In this document: piece after piece, positions 1 through 11,849 of the stretch
How positions within the stretch are numbered: position 1 is the stretch's first letter
Layout of the letters: every line of letters starts with the position of its first letter
From: Paraphysomonas bandaiensis
Taxonomy: Eukaryota > Protista > Chrysophyceae
Assembly: GCA_965644295.1 (NCBI GenBank)
Contig: CBFFRP010000527.1
Coordinates: forward strand, 22,321-86,320
Direction: 5' to 3'
Length of the DNA: 64,000 nucleotides
Program-made: the position numbers and the translations under genes
The notes under the pieces: generated by a model
What the model was told of the DNA's origin: nothing
Databases searched by the model: none
The model's input: the letters and a program-made list of their open reading frames with translations, nothing else

Positions 1-180
1 CATACCATTCTTGTTGTAAATTTCATTTAAATCTTTGTAAAGATTGCCTCATTCCCGCAGTGTACCCATAGTAAGTTGTAACGGTAGTATATTTAGGGTA
101 TTTGTCCCTACTTAATTTATCCGATGTTCCTACTAAACCAAAAAGTGCCATTTGTTCGTTCTAATTTTTTCTAATATCCC

Positions 181-611
181 TATTAAACTAAAACTAAAAG
201 CTGAGCCTACTAAATTTTTCAGACATTCCTACTAACTTAAGAATTTTATTCGATTCCACTTTAAAGCAATAAGGCTCAGCCGTCATTTTTAGTTTAATAC
301 GAAAACCTGCTAAATTTAGTAGGTACAAATGGAAAATTTAGTTGGTATAAAATATAAAATTGACGAATGACACCGCCCATAGTAAAGCGCTTTATGCCCT
401 TTCAAGGTGTGAGCCTTCGACATACTGTTAATTCATAGAAGGCTCACACCAAGGAAAACATCAGGGACAAGGTACAATTAAAACCTGGGATGGGGAATAC
501 GGGCTCTTGTCTAAAATTTTAAAACATTTTTTTTGTTTCGGTTTCAAAATAATAGCTGCGGCATGATATAGCCTCCTTATAACCCACGGGTTTATATAAC
601 TATATCCGTGG
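181..611. repeat. Cluster of nested short inverted repeats, possibly a MITE/transposon-end relic
   Basis: TATTAAACTAAAA..GCTGAGCCT (181-208) is mirrored by AGGCTCAGC..TTTTAGTTTAATA (272-299). Perfect 13-bp stem GGTGTGAGCCTTC/GAAGGCTCACACC (406-450). CCACGG..CCGTGG (584-611). Confidence 0.4.
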
Positions 612-718
612 AGGGAGCCGTGGAGTACAAACAAGTGATATTGAAAAAGTCAACAGAGAATGGATCCGCAACTGCATTTTTTTATAAGTACATAATCAAA
701 ATTCGAAGACAGCAGTTG

Positions 719-1651
719 TCATAACCGCGTCTTCTGCTGCAGCGAAGAACAATACTTTGATATAGAATACTTAAAGCATTTGTAATCTACTTCCAGTAAA
801 ATGCACAGCGCCTTTAGGTATATAGGTTCTTCTCTTAAAACTTGCCAGAATATATCCCGACTATGAAACGGGTCGTCAGATGTAACATGATGTACAAGCG
901 GCGCAAAAGTCATGTTTATATGATACATACTATTTATTTTTGTCCAGTCATCCTGAAACTGTTCCAGCTTGCCGACATATGTTGGACTATACTTGGTCAA
1001 AATACCAGACTGGGGGTACAGATGCATGACACTGTGTATACTTTTAGCAATAGGTAACTGACAATCCAGAAATTGCTCTATTTGTTCTTTAACTTTTGAT
1101 CTTGATATTTCTGAGACCGGCCCGTGCTGCTTTAACCACCAGTGGTACTCAGTTAAACCGGCAGCGAAGTGCTCTAAGGGTTCTCGAACAAAAGTAAATG
1201 ACGGAACATCTCGAAAATCACTAAAACCAAAGTTTCGAAGCATTTGCTTCGATGCTATTAAAACATTTGACGTATTATACATGTATAAATTTCCACTGCT
1301 TCGTAATTGATTCGCAGCCAAATTAGCCTTTATATTCATGCTTCCTCCTTTATAGTTGCTAATGTATTGAACTGGAACACCACTAATATTATATAACATA
1401 GAACCATGGTGTGTAGTAAAAACTTTTAATGGTGAGTAGTAGCAGTGTGTTCCACAAGAACATGTTGTCCTTTTATCTAAGCTTAGTACACGCCGAGCAT
1501 TTTCCCATATCTGAAGCTGCATGTTGGAATCAGATAATGCATATCGACAATACTCAGCATCATTTAAATTCGAATATTTCACAACAGGTGATGATATAAA
1601 TGTCTGAATGTTAAGAAAGAGAACTAAATACTGAACAGGAGAGTATCTCAT
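719..1651 (-). CDS. Sulfotransfer_2-like carbohydrate sulfotransferase, secreted or Golgi
   Basis: Hydrophobic N-terminus after the ATG at 1651. YKGGSMNIK (5'-PSB-like), FTFVREPLEHFAAG (3'-PB-like), HLYPQ, YVGKLEQFQDDW and DYKCFKY follow the family motif order. Confidence 0.7.
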   Translation of the reverse strand: MRYSPVQYLVLFLNIQTFISSPVVKYSNLNDAEYCRYALSDSNMQLQIWENARRVLSLDKRTTCSCGTHCYYSPLKVFTTHHGSMLYNISGVPVQYISNYKGGSMNIKANLAANQLRSSGNLYMYNTSNVLIASKQMLRNFGFSDFRDVPSFTFVREPLEHFAAGLTEYHWWLKQHGPVSEISRSKVKEQIEQFLDCQLPIAKSIHSVMHLYPQSGILTKYSPTYVGKLEQFQDDWTKINSMYHINMTFAPLVHHVTSDDPFHSRDIFWQVLREEPIYLKALCILLEVDYKCFKYSISKYCSSLQQKTRL

Positions 1652-2333
1652 ATAAGTTTTCTTCACTACACCGTGTTGTTATGTGATATAAGAGTGTTAT
1701 AGTGTCAATCTAATGGGAATCTAATCATATGAAGATGTCTTTTATCATTGAGCTTATTGCTGACAATGAACTACAATCATTGTAATATAATCACTAATAA
1801 AATCAATATATCTTTATTGTCTATCCTTCATATGAAACTATCATCTCTTAACTATACTATACAGAGAGATCACTGACAATAATATACACCACCCAGCGTG
1901 ATAGCAGTGTGCCTGGTCGAGATCGGAGATGTACATCAGTGTCGTAGTACATACATGTACGATTCTCTGCTGTATTGTGTATAGTGTATATATAGATACA
2001 AAGTACTGTATACTGTACTGTATATGGGTGTCCACATATTGTATTTCAATAATACAGTTACGGTATTCCAATATAGACATCTAGGAATTCCTAATACAGT
2101 GAAGTATTTATATCGTGTAGTCTATCAGTAGTCCCTGTATATGTGACTGCAAAAGATATTGACGGTTTCTTTTTTTTTGTCTATACAATTAGCGTAATAT
2201 ACCAGCAGAGATGGTCACACAGTTATTGTCAGTACAGTGTGCCCGAACCATTGAGAGAGAGTATTAAAAGGATCAGATATAGAAGTTATTATATCAATCA
2301 TTCACCTACTCATCTTATAGTGTAGTAGGTATA

Positions 2334-3452
2334 ATGCAAGAAAAGTTTTCATACTCTTCGCAGCCTCATGCTGCTCCAGTAAAACGTCGTCCTAAATATA
2401 GAAATGAAAATGATCCAGGGCCCCCAGAGCCCTTTGATGGTAATGGAAGTTTAAACATGATGCATGATCCAAGAGTAGTTAGAGGAAACACATATGCAGC
2501 CAAGGTTATGACTACATACTCAAACCAGGAGCAAATGCAGTTACAAAAGGAAAATTCTCGTAGAATTAAGCAAGATTCTGCAAAGAGAAGAAACACTGCC
2601 ACAGTACGAGTAAACACACCACCTGCAGTGGATGGACGTACCAATACGACAATGCAAACTGAAAATTACCTTGAAGAGCTTACCGACAGACCTATTGAAG
2701 TTGATTCTGAGACACAAACTCAGGCATATATGGATAGGCCGGTGTCCCCATTATTCGTAGCAACGAAGACTGGGATCGATGAACAGACTCAAATCGAACC
2801 TGGCGATTTATTTGATTTTGACTTAGAAGTAGAACCTATTCTCGAAGTATTAGTGGGGAAAACTATTCACGTCTCTATGCTTGAGCTAATGCAAGAAGAA
2901 GAGTTGGAAAATATCCGCCGTGAGCAAGAAGAATTCGAGGCTGTGCGAAACATTGAGTTAGCAGAAGTGCAAAGACTTGAAGCTGAGGCACGCCGAAAGA
3001 CTCAAGAGAAAGATCGACGCATTGCGCAGGAGAAACAACGAGTACAGGACCGTATTGAGTTGGAAGAAAAGATTGCGGCTAGGGCATTCTCTAGTCAGTA
3101 TTTATCCACGATGCATGATGGTATTATGAGCGATCTTATGGATGATGGCTTCTTTTACGACCCTGTCAAGAAAGAAATTGAAGACAGTATAATGCTGGAG
3201 CAAATATCTGGCTTACGTGATCGTGTGGAGTGTTATGACATAGCGCAAGGTCTTCTAGAAGAACTTATTATTGATGCCGGAGTGATGGCCAAGGAATTTC
3301 AAGATCGGGCAGAGGCTGCACGGAATGCTCGCAAGGAGCGTGAGCGCAAAGAAGCAGAAGCTGCTGCGAAAGCAAAAGCAGCTGAAGAAGCTGCAAAACG
3401 AGCGGCCGAGGAGGCAGCTGCAGCTGCGGAAGCTGCTGCGGAAGAAGAATAG
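2334..3452 (+). CDS. RSPH3: Flagellar radial spoke protein 3
   Basis: NMMHDPRVVRGNTYA, TPPAVDGR, QTENYLEEL, TQIEPGDLFDFDLEVEPILEVLVGKT and a coiled coil ending EKIAARAF. Confidence 0.95.
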   Translation: MQEKFSYSSQPHAAPVKRRPKYRNENDPGPPEPFDGNGSLNMMHDPRVVRGNTYAAKVMTTYSNQEQMQLQKENSRRIKQDSAKRRNTATVRVNTPPAVDGRTNTTMQTENYLEELTDRPIEVDSETQTQAYMDRPVSPLFVATKTGIDEQTQIEPGDLFDFDLEVEPILEVLVGKTIHVSMLELMQEEELENIRREQEEFEAVRNIELAEVQRLEAEARRKTQEKDRRIAQEKQRVQDRIELEEKIAARAFSSQYLSTMHDGIMSDLMDDGFFYDPVKKEIEDSIMLEQISGLRDRVECYDIAQGLLEELIIDAGVMAKEFQDRAEAARNARKERERKEAEAAAKAKAAEEAAKRAAEEAAAAAEAAAEEE

Positions 3453-4123
3453 CCCATTCTAGTACTTTCTGATGGACGGCCTTTATAGCCATCGTCTTTG
3501 TTTTTATACTTCTGTCGTGTAGCACATATAAAACGTGAAATTTTCGGCATATATATTCTGAATGAGTGCTGTTGTGTAGCTTTTGGTAATAAATTATTTA
3601 TATATTCGTCGTCAATAGGAACTATGCTTCTGGTTATTACAACCCGAAATGTAATTTGTTGCTAATATATTCATATATTCTATGAAAAACGAGAAGAAAT
3701 ATTTCACACATAATCGTACACTGATCAGACAAAAGCGCATAAATTGAAAATTGAAGTATATGTTAAATATGTAGCCTGTTCGTTTTATCATTCTGCCCTA
3801 AGAATGGTAGAATAGCTTTGCCATATCTTCTAGCTTTGTTTGTATACTATCCACTATCATGACAGGCTTGTATTAATTCTTCAAATCTACCTGACGCCAC
3901 GCACAAAAAAATATGCCGGGATTTAATAAGATCGCTGCATAGCTTAGTTTAATCAACACTATAACTACATGATAATTGGGCGCGCCCTCAGAACAGGGCA
4001 AAACTTATACAAAGTACGACCAAAATTCGCTATCAGTATGTATTATATATATTAGGAACGATAGTCCTCGCTTATCAATTTGATATAATGATACAGTATC
4101 CGAGGTTCGACTTCCAGGCCAGG

Positions 4124-5251
4124 TCAAACGTCAAATGGCTCGTAGGTAAAGGATGCAAGTAAACCTAAGTGGTCAGATACTGGGCAAAATGATGCCGATC
4201 CTTGAGTTCCATGAAACCAGTCACAACTGTAAGCTTCGATTAGATTCAATCCTCTTTTGTTGCTTAAATGCCGGAGAGGAAGTCTATCTCCTGATTCTGC
4301 TCTTATGGGGCTCGATACAACAGGTTCTGAGTAGGAAGCATCTTGCGATGCCGGTGTGTACCATATATGATCTATAGTGTCATTACCGATTCCGCCCGGC
4401 CACGTAGCCTTCCACAAACCACAACTGAGCTGTTGTACCCTTAACCGAAACTTGCTGGGAGTGCGCCTAAAGCTCTTGAAGGTGCCACTGCTAGTTTCAG
4501 TCACATTCTCTAAGTCACCAAATAAACTACTCATCTCTTCATAAGATCCAGTGAAGCTTTGTGATTTGCGCTCCGGGGATAAATTAAAATCTCCACATAA
4601 TATAACGTCATGGGATGCATTGCATTTCAAAGAGGCGATGCGAGATTGTAACTGATGTAGCTGCCAAGACTTCGACAACGCACTGCGGGAGTCAAGATGG
4701 GTGCCCAATACATGTACACTATGACTATCAGATACAGGAAGTTGTATGCCTACAAGTCCTTTCGTATTCACTCTCTCTTCAGTGCAATCAAAATTTTCCG
4801 AAAATGAGCTCTTAAAAGGAATCCGTGAGAATATTATCAGGCCACTGTTTTGACCGAACACAGACGGTAGTGATTCAGCAGGATTCGTATGATACGAAAA
4901 CCCAATTTTAGTCATGCCCTTGGTTAGGTTTGATAATTCGGAGCACAGTACAATAGGTCCAATTCGAAATAGAAACGCTTCTTGTATAACAACAACATCT
5001 AAATCAGAACATTCTTTCACATTTTCAAGAAATATATCGATTCTTTTCTTCTTATTAGGAGCTGGAACTAAGTAATGTAACCACAGATTATGTGTTAGTA
5101 TATTTAAAGTCTTGATATTATGTGAAGATACTGGTTGATTAGGAATCCCACTGCCCAGTAATGTTAAAGCTTCATACTGAGCATTCCTCTGCTTGATGAA
5201 ACATACTACAGCAGCTGATATACCCCCACATACAAGAAATATACCTGACAT
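4124..5251 (-). CDS. Endonuclease/exonuclease/phosphatase family protein (neutral sphingomyelinase-like), N-terminal membrane anchor
   Basis: EEP motifs in order: ILTHN, DVVVIQE, NSGLIIFSRIP, KG, THLD, GDFN, IDHI, SDH. Confidence 0.85.
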   Translation of the reverse strand: MSGIFLVCGGISAAVVCFIKQRNAQYEALTLLGSGIPNQPVSSHNIKTLNILTHNLWLHYLVPAPNKKKRIDIFLENVKECSDLDVVVIQEAFLFRIGPIVLCSELSNLTKGMTKIGFSYHTNPAESLPSVFGQNSGLIIFSRIPFKSSFSENFDCTEERVNTKGLVGIQLPVSDSHSVHVLGTHLDSRSALSKSWQLHQLQSRIASLKCNASHDVILCGDFNLSPERKSQSFTGSYEEMSSLFGDLENVTETSSGTFKSFRRTPSKFRLRVQQLSCGLWKATWPGGIGNDTIDHIWYTPASQDASYSEPVVSSPIRAESGDRLPLRHLSNKRGLNLIEAYSCDWFHGTQGSASFCPVSDHLGLLASFTYEPFDV

Positions 5252-5360
5252 AATTCACTACAATAAAATGTTATAATAACTTTTCGTGTTTGATTGAGAT
5301 CATGAAATGAACCTGATCTTAAGCAGATACGCATGTGATCGTAAGGGCATCATATCAATA

Positions 5361-8300
5361 CCTATAACGAAAGAAAATCGGCCCCCTCAAAAAAATCGGC
5401 CCCCCCTTTTCATCATCATTTTCCCACCCCCCCTTGAACTGATATGCACATACATACATGACATTAACTCCAACACCACAACTAACCACAACATACACCA
5501 ATACAATCAGACACATACACGCTATCTTTACAATGGAGTATGTCAACATTATATGCAGCCATTTTTACCATCACACCCTGTGTCTCGAGTGATTAGACAG
5601 AGGAGCCCTGCGTCCTCAGGATGGCTATTGATCGCTATATGCAGAGCAGTGGGATACATTAACCACTACTGAGACTCTATATTCAACTTACTACTGCAGA
5701 CAAAGTGTTTGGAGAGGTGAGAGGGTGTGGGAGGGTCACGTATCATCTCTGTGGCTTGGATTCTGTGCCGGTCAGTATTTGTCCATAGGGAGGAGGGGTC
5801 CATACAGTGCACATCAGGTCATACATTCACCAGAAATTTGAAATGCGCCAAAATAATATGCCATATCGATGCTACCTTGTCACCATCCGAGTCAGCTTAT
5901 CAGTGTCGGAACCGACTTATCGAATGGAAGATAAGCGATATTTATTTGGTAGAAAGAGATTTGGCGCTTTATGGGCTTCCTTGTGCGTTGTACAATGATT
6001 AATGTTGCAAATACCCTTGACTAGCTTGTTGGTTGCAGGCACCCCATGGTAGGGTGCTGTAGGGTCACAGCAAGCAGTGTTCACTCATGTCATATATGTA
6101 GGATACCTAATATATTGCACTCATTCAGCTTTATTGGGGTCTTGTTACATCTACAATGCCATTGTTGCCATACTTGTCGATTTAAATGGGCTTTACGGCG
6201 AGTGCAGCTGATGATTGTTGAAAGTCTTTGTTGGCTATTCTCAAGACTTTGTCCCGAACTATCTCTCCACGCGACTTGTGTGAATGTGTATGTTTTATGT
6301 CTATACATATATATTACCTTTGTATGTACTTTATATGCACATGTGTGTACTACGTTTCCCTTATGTTTACTAGGTTTATATGGGTGTACGAGGTTTATTA
6401 TATATATTACCTACAATGCTTCATATAAGCGTCAGTGTTCGAATATATGTACTCTTGACTTATGTATGAGAATATGTTACCTGTGTGTTTTTGTATGCAT
6501 ATATATACGAGCGTTCTGAATGTATGTGTATCTGTGTGTTGTCATGTAGATATTTATAATAATAATATGATATCGTTATAGTCGATGTGAACTTGCTTGT
6601 ATAAGTACTAGTCATAGTAAAGTAGCTATATATATATGTAGATCTTAAATACAACGATTGGCAGTATGTGTTTACAAGAAGTATAGGTATAAGGTATAAG
6701 TTAGCTTATCACACAAGTGTCTAAATCTAAACTACGAAGGAGTACAGTAGCTGATTTATATTGACAGAAGTAGTGTACTATTCCAAGTTATACGTGGGCT
6801 AGCATCGAGGTATTTGCTGGAATAATTACATACATAACAAGACAGTATACTATCAAACCACACATATACCGGCATGAATTTATAAGCAAATATTAGAATA
6901 TTAGTCAAGTGGTTATGGTTATCTAGTTTCAAAATAGCAATCAATAGACGATAACAACCTAGGAATTATAAGCACACTATCAGTACTCTCGCCACTAAAC
7001 AGATTAGTTGGGAATATGTGCGAACAATAGCATACAACTACGCAATGGTACAACGAACTATTGAATGTCCTTAAATCGAATTAGTCATTTTAAGTTCAAG
7101 TGCTCCTGGTTTTAGGAGCAGCTAGAACTGATAGAGCATGTACAATTTGTCTCCGCCTATCAAAGTAATATCAGCTCTACGTTTCGATTAAGACTCTGAT
7201 TTTCTTTTTAAAGTGTCAAGTTCTTTCATTTGTTGCTCTTTACAGCGCATCTTCTGCCTTTTTTATTCTTTTCCTTTCTGCTTTATAGCTGTTGCTGTCT
7301 TGAAACCTTTATACGAATATTTTCTTCATCCACATGTATTCTATAATGAACTTAAGATCTCCAGAAGCCATCTCCGCTTTGTATCTTTCAACAACTACTT
7401 CATGATTAACACTCTTTGACTAAAGTTCAACATGCGTGAGATTATTATGACAAATGATGGTAGTACCAGGTTTATTAAATACCACCCTCAACCAACTCTC
7501 TATGTGCTGCGCGACAACGAAGTGTGACATAAACGAAAACACAAGAAATTCAGTCAAACATTACATCTACCACTTCATCCAGTATTATCACTGAAAACGT
7601 AATACTTAAACCACTAAAACATTGCGTAGTTGTATGCTATTGTTCGCACATATTCCCAACTAATCTGTTTAGTGGCGAGAGTACTGATAGTGTGCTTATA
7701 ATTCCTAGGTTGTTATCGTCTATTGATTGCTATTTTGAAACTAGATAACCATAACCACTTGACTAATATTCTAATATTTGCTTATAAATTCATGCCGGTA
7801 TATGTGTGGTTTGATAGTATACTGTCTTGTTATGTATGTAATTATTCCAGCAAATACCTCGATGCTAGCCCACGTATAACTTGGAATAGTACACTACTTC
7901 TGTCAATATAAATCAGCTACTGTACTCCTTCGTAGTTTAGATTTAGACACTTGTGTGATAAGCTAACTTATACCTTATACCTATACTTCTTGTAAACACA
8001 TACTGCCAATCGTTGTATTTAAGATCTACATATATATATAGCTACTTTACTATGACTAGTACTTATACAAGCAAGTTCACATCGACTATAACGATATCAT
8101 ATTATTATTATAAATATCTACATGACAACACACAGATACACATACATTCAGAACGCTCGTATATATATGCATACAAAAACACACAGGTAACATATTCTCA
8201 TACATAAGTCAAGAGTACATATATTCGAACACTGACGCTTATATGAAGCATTGTAGGTAATATATATAATAAACCTCGTACACCCATATAAACCTAGTAA

Positions 8301-9306
8301 ACATAAGGGAAACGTAGTACACACATGTGCATATAAAGTACATACAAAGGTAATATATATGTATAGACATAAAACATACACATTCACACAAGTCGCGTGG
8401 AGAGATAGTTCGGGACAAAGTCTTGAGAATAGCCAACAAAGACTTTCAACAATTATCAGCTGCACTCGCCGTAAAGCCCATTTAAATCGACAAGTATGGC
8501 AACAATGGCATTGTAGATGTAACAAGACCCCAATAAAGCTGAATGAGTGCAATATATTAGGTATCCTACATATATGACATGAGTGAACACTGCTTGCTGT
8601 GACCCTACAGCACCCTACCATGGGGTGCCTGCAACCAACAAGCTAGTCAAGGGTATTTGCAACATTAATCATTGTACAATGCACAAGGAAGCCCATAAAG
8701 CGCCAAATCTCTTTCTACCAAATAAATATCGCTTATCTTCCATTCGATAAGTCGGTTCCGACACTGATAAGCTGACTCGGATGGTGACAAGGTAGCATCG
8801 ATATGGCATATTATTTTGGCGCATTTCAAATTTCTGGTGAATGTATGACCTGATGTGCACTGTATGGACCCCTCCTCCCTATGGACAAATACTGACCGGC
8901 ACAGAATCCAAGCCACAGAGATGATACGTGACCCTCCCACACCCTCTCACCTCTCCAAACACTTTGTCTGCAGTAGTAAGTCGAATATAGAGTCTCAGTA
9001 GTGGTTAATGTATCCCACTGCTCTGCATATAGCGATCAATAGCCATCCTGAGGACGCAGGGCTCCTCTGTCTTATCACTCGAGACACAGGGTGTGATGGT
9101 AAAAATGGCTGCATATAATGTTGACATACTCCATTGTAAAGATAGCGTGTATGTGTCTGATTGTATTGGTGTATGTTGTGGTTAGTTGTGGTGTTGGAGT
9201 TAATGTCATGTATGTATGTGCATATCAGTTCAAGGGTGGGTGGGAAAATGATGATGAAAAGGGGGGGCCGATTTTTTTGAGGGGGCCGATTTTCTTTCGT
9301 TATAGG
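5361..9306. mobile_element. Non-autonomous foldback-type DNA transposon with very long TIRs
   Basis: Arms 5361-7047 and 7620-9306 (1,687 bp each) are reverse complements with no net indel and at least 5 substitutions. Spacer is 572 bp. Termini CCTATAACG...CGTTATAGG are flanked on both sides by AATA. Confidence 0.85.
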
Positions 9307-9625
9307 AATACAGCAGAGCGAGTATCATTCCAAACTGAGTCAGAAAACTGAAAATATACTATCGCTTAAAGATTGTGTACAGAATGTTCACGAATATTTT
9401 TTTCGCCAAAGAACAGAACATCGAACTTCGACTTCATCATGTATGACAAACAAGAGTGTTATTCATACATAATTCCATCCATCACACTGTCAGATATACA
9501 TATACAACACGACACATATGCTATATATATGTACCCTCTATGAACCATCTGTTAGTAGTAGAAACATATCAGTGACAACTCTAACATCTCTTGCTATGTT
9601 TTGATTGAAACTACCTCTTGTTTCC

Positions 9626-11425
9626 GGTTATACAAAGTCGGTGTGTAGTGATATTATTATCGATGATAGTTTCGTGTATCCCCTTGTGGAAACCCATGTG
9701 TATCAGATACTGACACGACATCCTTATCTATATTCTTGGAGCCTCCTCTGTATCTTCATGATGATTCTGGTTATACAAAGTCGGTGTGTAGTGATATTAT
9801 TATCGATGATAGTTTCGTGTATCCCCTTGTGGAAACCCATGTGTATCAGATACTGACACGACATCCTTATCTATATTCTTGGAGCCTCCTCTGTACCTTC
9901 ATGATGATTCTGGTTATACAAAGTCGGTGTGTAGTGATATTATTATCGATGATAGTTTCGTGTATCCTCTTGTGGAAACCCATGTGTATCAGATACTGAC
10001 ACGACATCCTTATCTATATTCTTGGAGCCTCCTCTGTATCTTCATGATGATTCTGGTTATACAAAGTCGGTGTGTAGTGATATTATTATCGATGATAGTT
10101 TCGTGTATCCCCTTGTGGAAACCCATGTGTATCAGATACTGACACGACATCCTTATCTATATTCTTGGAGCCTCCTCTGTACCTTCATGATGATTCTGGT
10201 TATACAAAGTCGGTGTGTAGTGATATTATTATCGATGATAGTTTCGTGTATCCCCTTGTGGAAACCCATGTGTATCAGATACTGACACGACATCCTTATC
10301 TATATTCTTGGAGCCTCCTCTGTACCTTCATGATGATTCTGGTTATACAAAGTCGGTGTGTAGTGATATTATTATCGATGATAGTTTCGTGTATCCTCTT
10401 GTGGAAACCCATGTGTATCAGATACTGACACGACATCCTTATCTATATTCTTGGAGCCTCCTCTGTATCTTCATGATGATTCTGGTTATACAAAGTCGGT
10501 GTGTAGTGATATTATTATCGATGATAGTTTCGTGTATCCTCTTGTGGAAACCCATGTGTATCAGATACTGACACGACATCCTTATCTATATTCTTGGAGC
10601 CTCCTCTGTATCTTCATGATGATTCTGGTTATACAAAGTCGGTGTGTAGTGATATTATTATCGATGATAGTTTCGTGTATCCTCTTGTGGAAACCCATGT
10701 GTATCAGATACTGACACGACATCCTTATCTATATTCTTGGAGCCTCCTCTGTATCTTCATGATGATTCTGGTTATACAAAGTCGGTGTGTAGTGATATTA
10801 TTATCGATGATAGTTTCGTGTATCCTCTTGTGGAAACCCATGTGTATCAGATACTGACACGACATCCTTATCTATATTCTTGGAGCCTCCTCTGTACCTT
10901 CATGATGATTCTGGTTATACAAAGTCGGTGTGTAGTGATATTATTATCGATGATAGTTTCGTGTATCCTCTTGTGGAAACCCATGTGTATCAGATACTGA
11001 CACGACATCCTTATCTATATTCTTGGAGCCTCCTCTGTACCTTCATGATGATTCTGGTTATACAAAGTCGGTGTGTAGTGATATTATTATCGATGATAGT
11101 TTCGTGTATCCTCTTGTGGAAACCCATGTGTATCAGATACTGACACGACATCCTTATCTATATTCTTGGAGCCTCCTCAGTATCTTCATGATGATTCTGG
11201 TTATACAAAGTCGGTGTGTAGTGATATTATTATCGATGATAGTTTCGTGTATCCTCTTGTGGAAACCCATGTGTATCAGATACTGACACGACATCCTTAT
11301 CTATATTCTTGGAGCCTCCTCTGTACCTTCATGATGATTCTGGTTATACAAAGTCGGTGTGTAGTGATATTATTATCGATGATAGTTTCGTGTATCCCCT
11401 TGTGGAAACCCATGTGTATCAGATA
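9626..11425. repeat. Tandem satellite, 143-bp monomer, about 12.6 copies
   Basis: GGTTATACAAAGTCGGTGTGTAGTG... recurs every 143 bp (ORF-track starts are 143 apart). Only 3 variable sites seen; no spacers. Confidence 0.97.
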
Positions 11426-11849
11426 GGCGAGATGATAGATTATTTCGACTGTAGTCTCCTTTACGGGCGTATATTCCAGTAGTGCTTGCTTTAGGCTTTC
11501 CCCTTTTGCTGTGCATAGTGTGGGTGAGGTAGAGTACGTCTTCTTTTTTCGCTGTGATAGAGATTTTTCCTGGCAGCTATGGATAGCGGGTAGAGTTGGT
11601 GTAGGTGTGGTGAACTTAGTTCAGAAGCTTATTGCTTAGCTAGGTAGTTACGGCGACAGGCACACGTACTACTGCGCAACACACTTCTCATCTAGGTAAG
11701 TCAGAGTAGCTTCTCTTCCAACGCGTGTTTTTAAACACGGCTAAAAGCGGAAATTACATATTAATGGCATTTCTGGCCTGTCCACCTCAATAGGCGTCAA
11801 GAATCATCACCAGTTAAGTACCGAGATATACTTCTCATATCCAACTATG

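Noticed and set aside
4085-4130. tRNA-like B box GGTTCGACTTCC (also GATTCGAATC at 12781)
   Set aside because: No cloverleaf or A box can be formed.
5355-9312. Alternative 6-bp TSD (CAATAC/GAATAC) implying a Polinton/Maverick
   Set aside because: The match is imperfect, termini are not AG..CT and there are no polymerase or capsid genes; CC..GG with AATA fits exactly.
5307-9351. Mirror-image small ORF pairs as duplicated genes
   Set aside because: By-products of the inverted arms; low complexity with no recognisable motifs.
9626-11425. CRISPR-like array or repeated 87-aa genes
   Set aside because: No unique spacers, the unit length is not a multiple of 3, no cas genes, and the context is eukaryotic.
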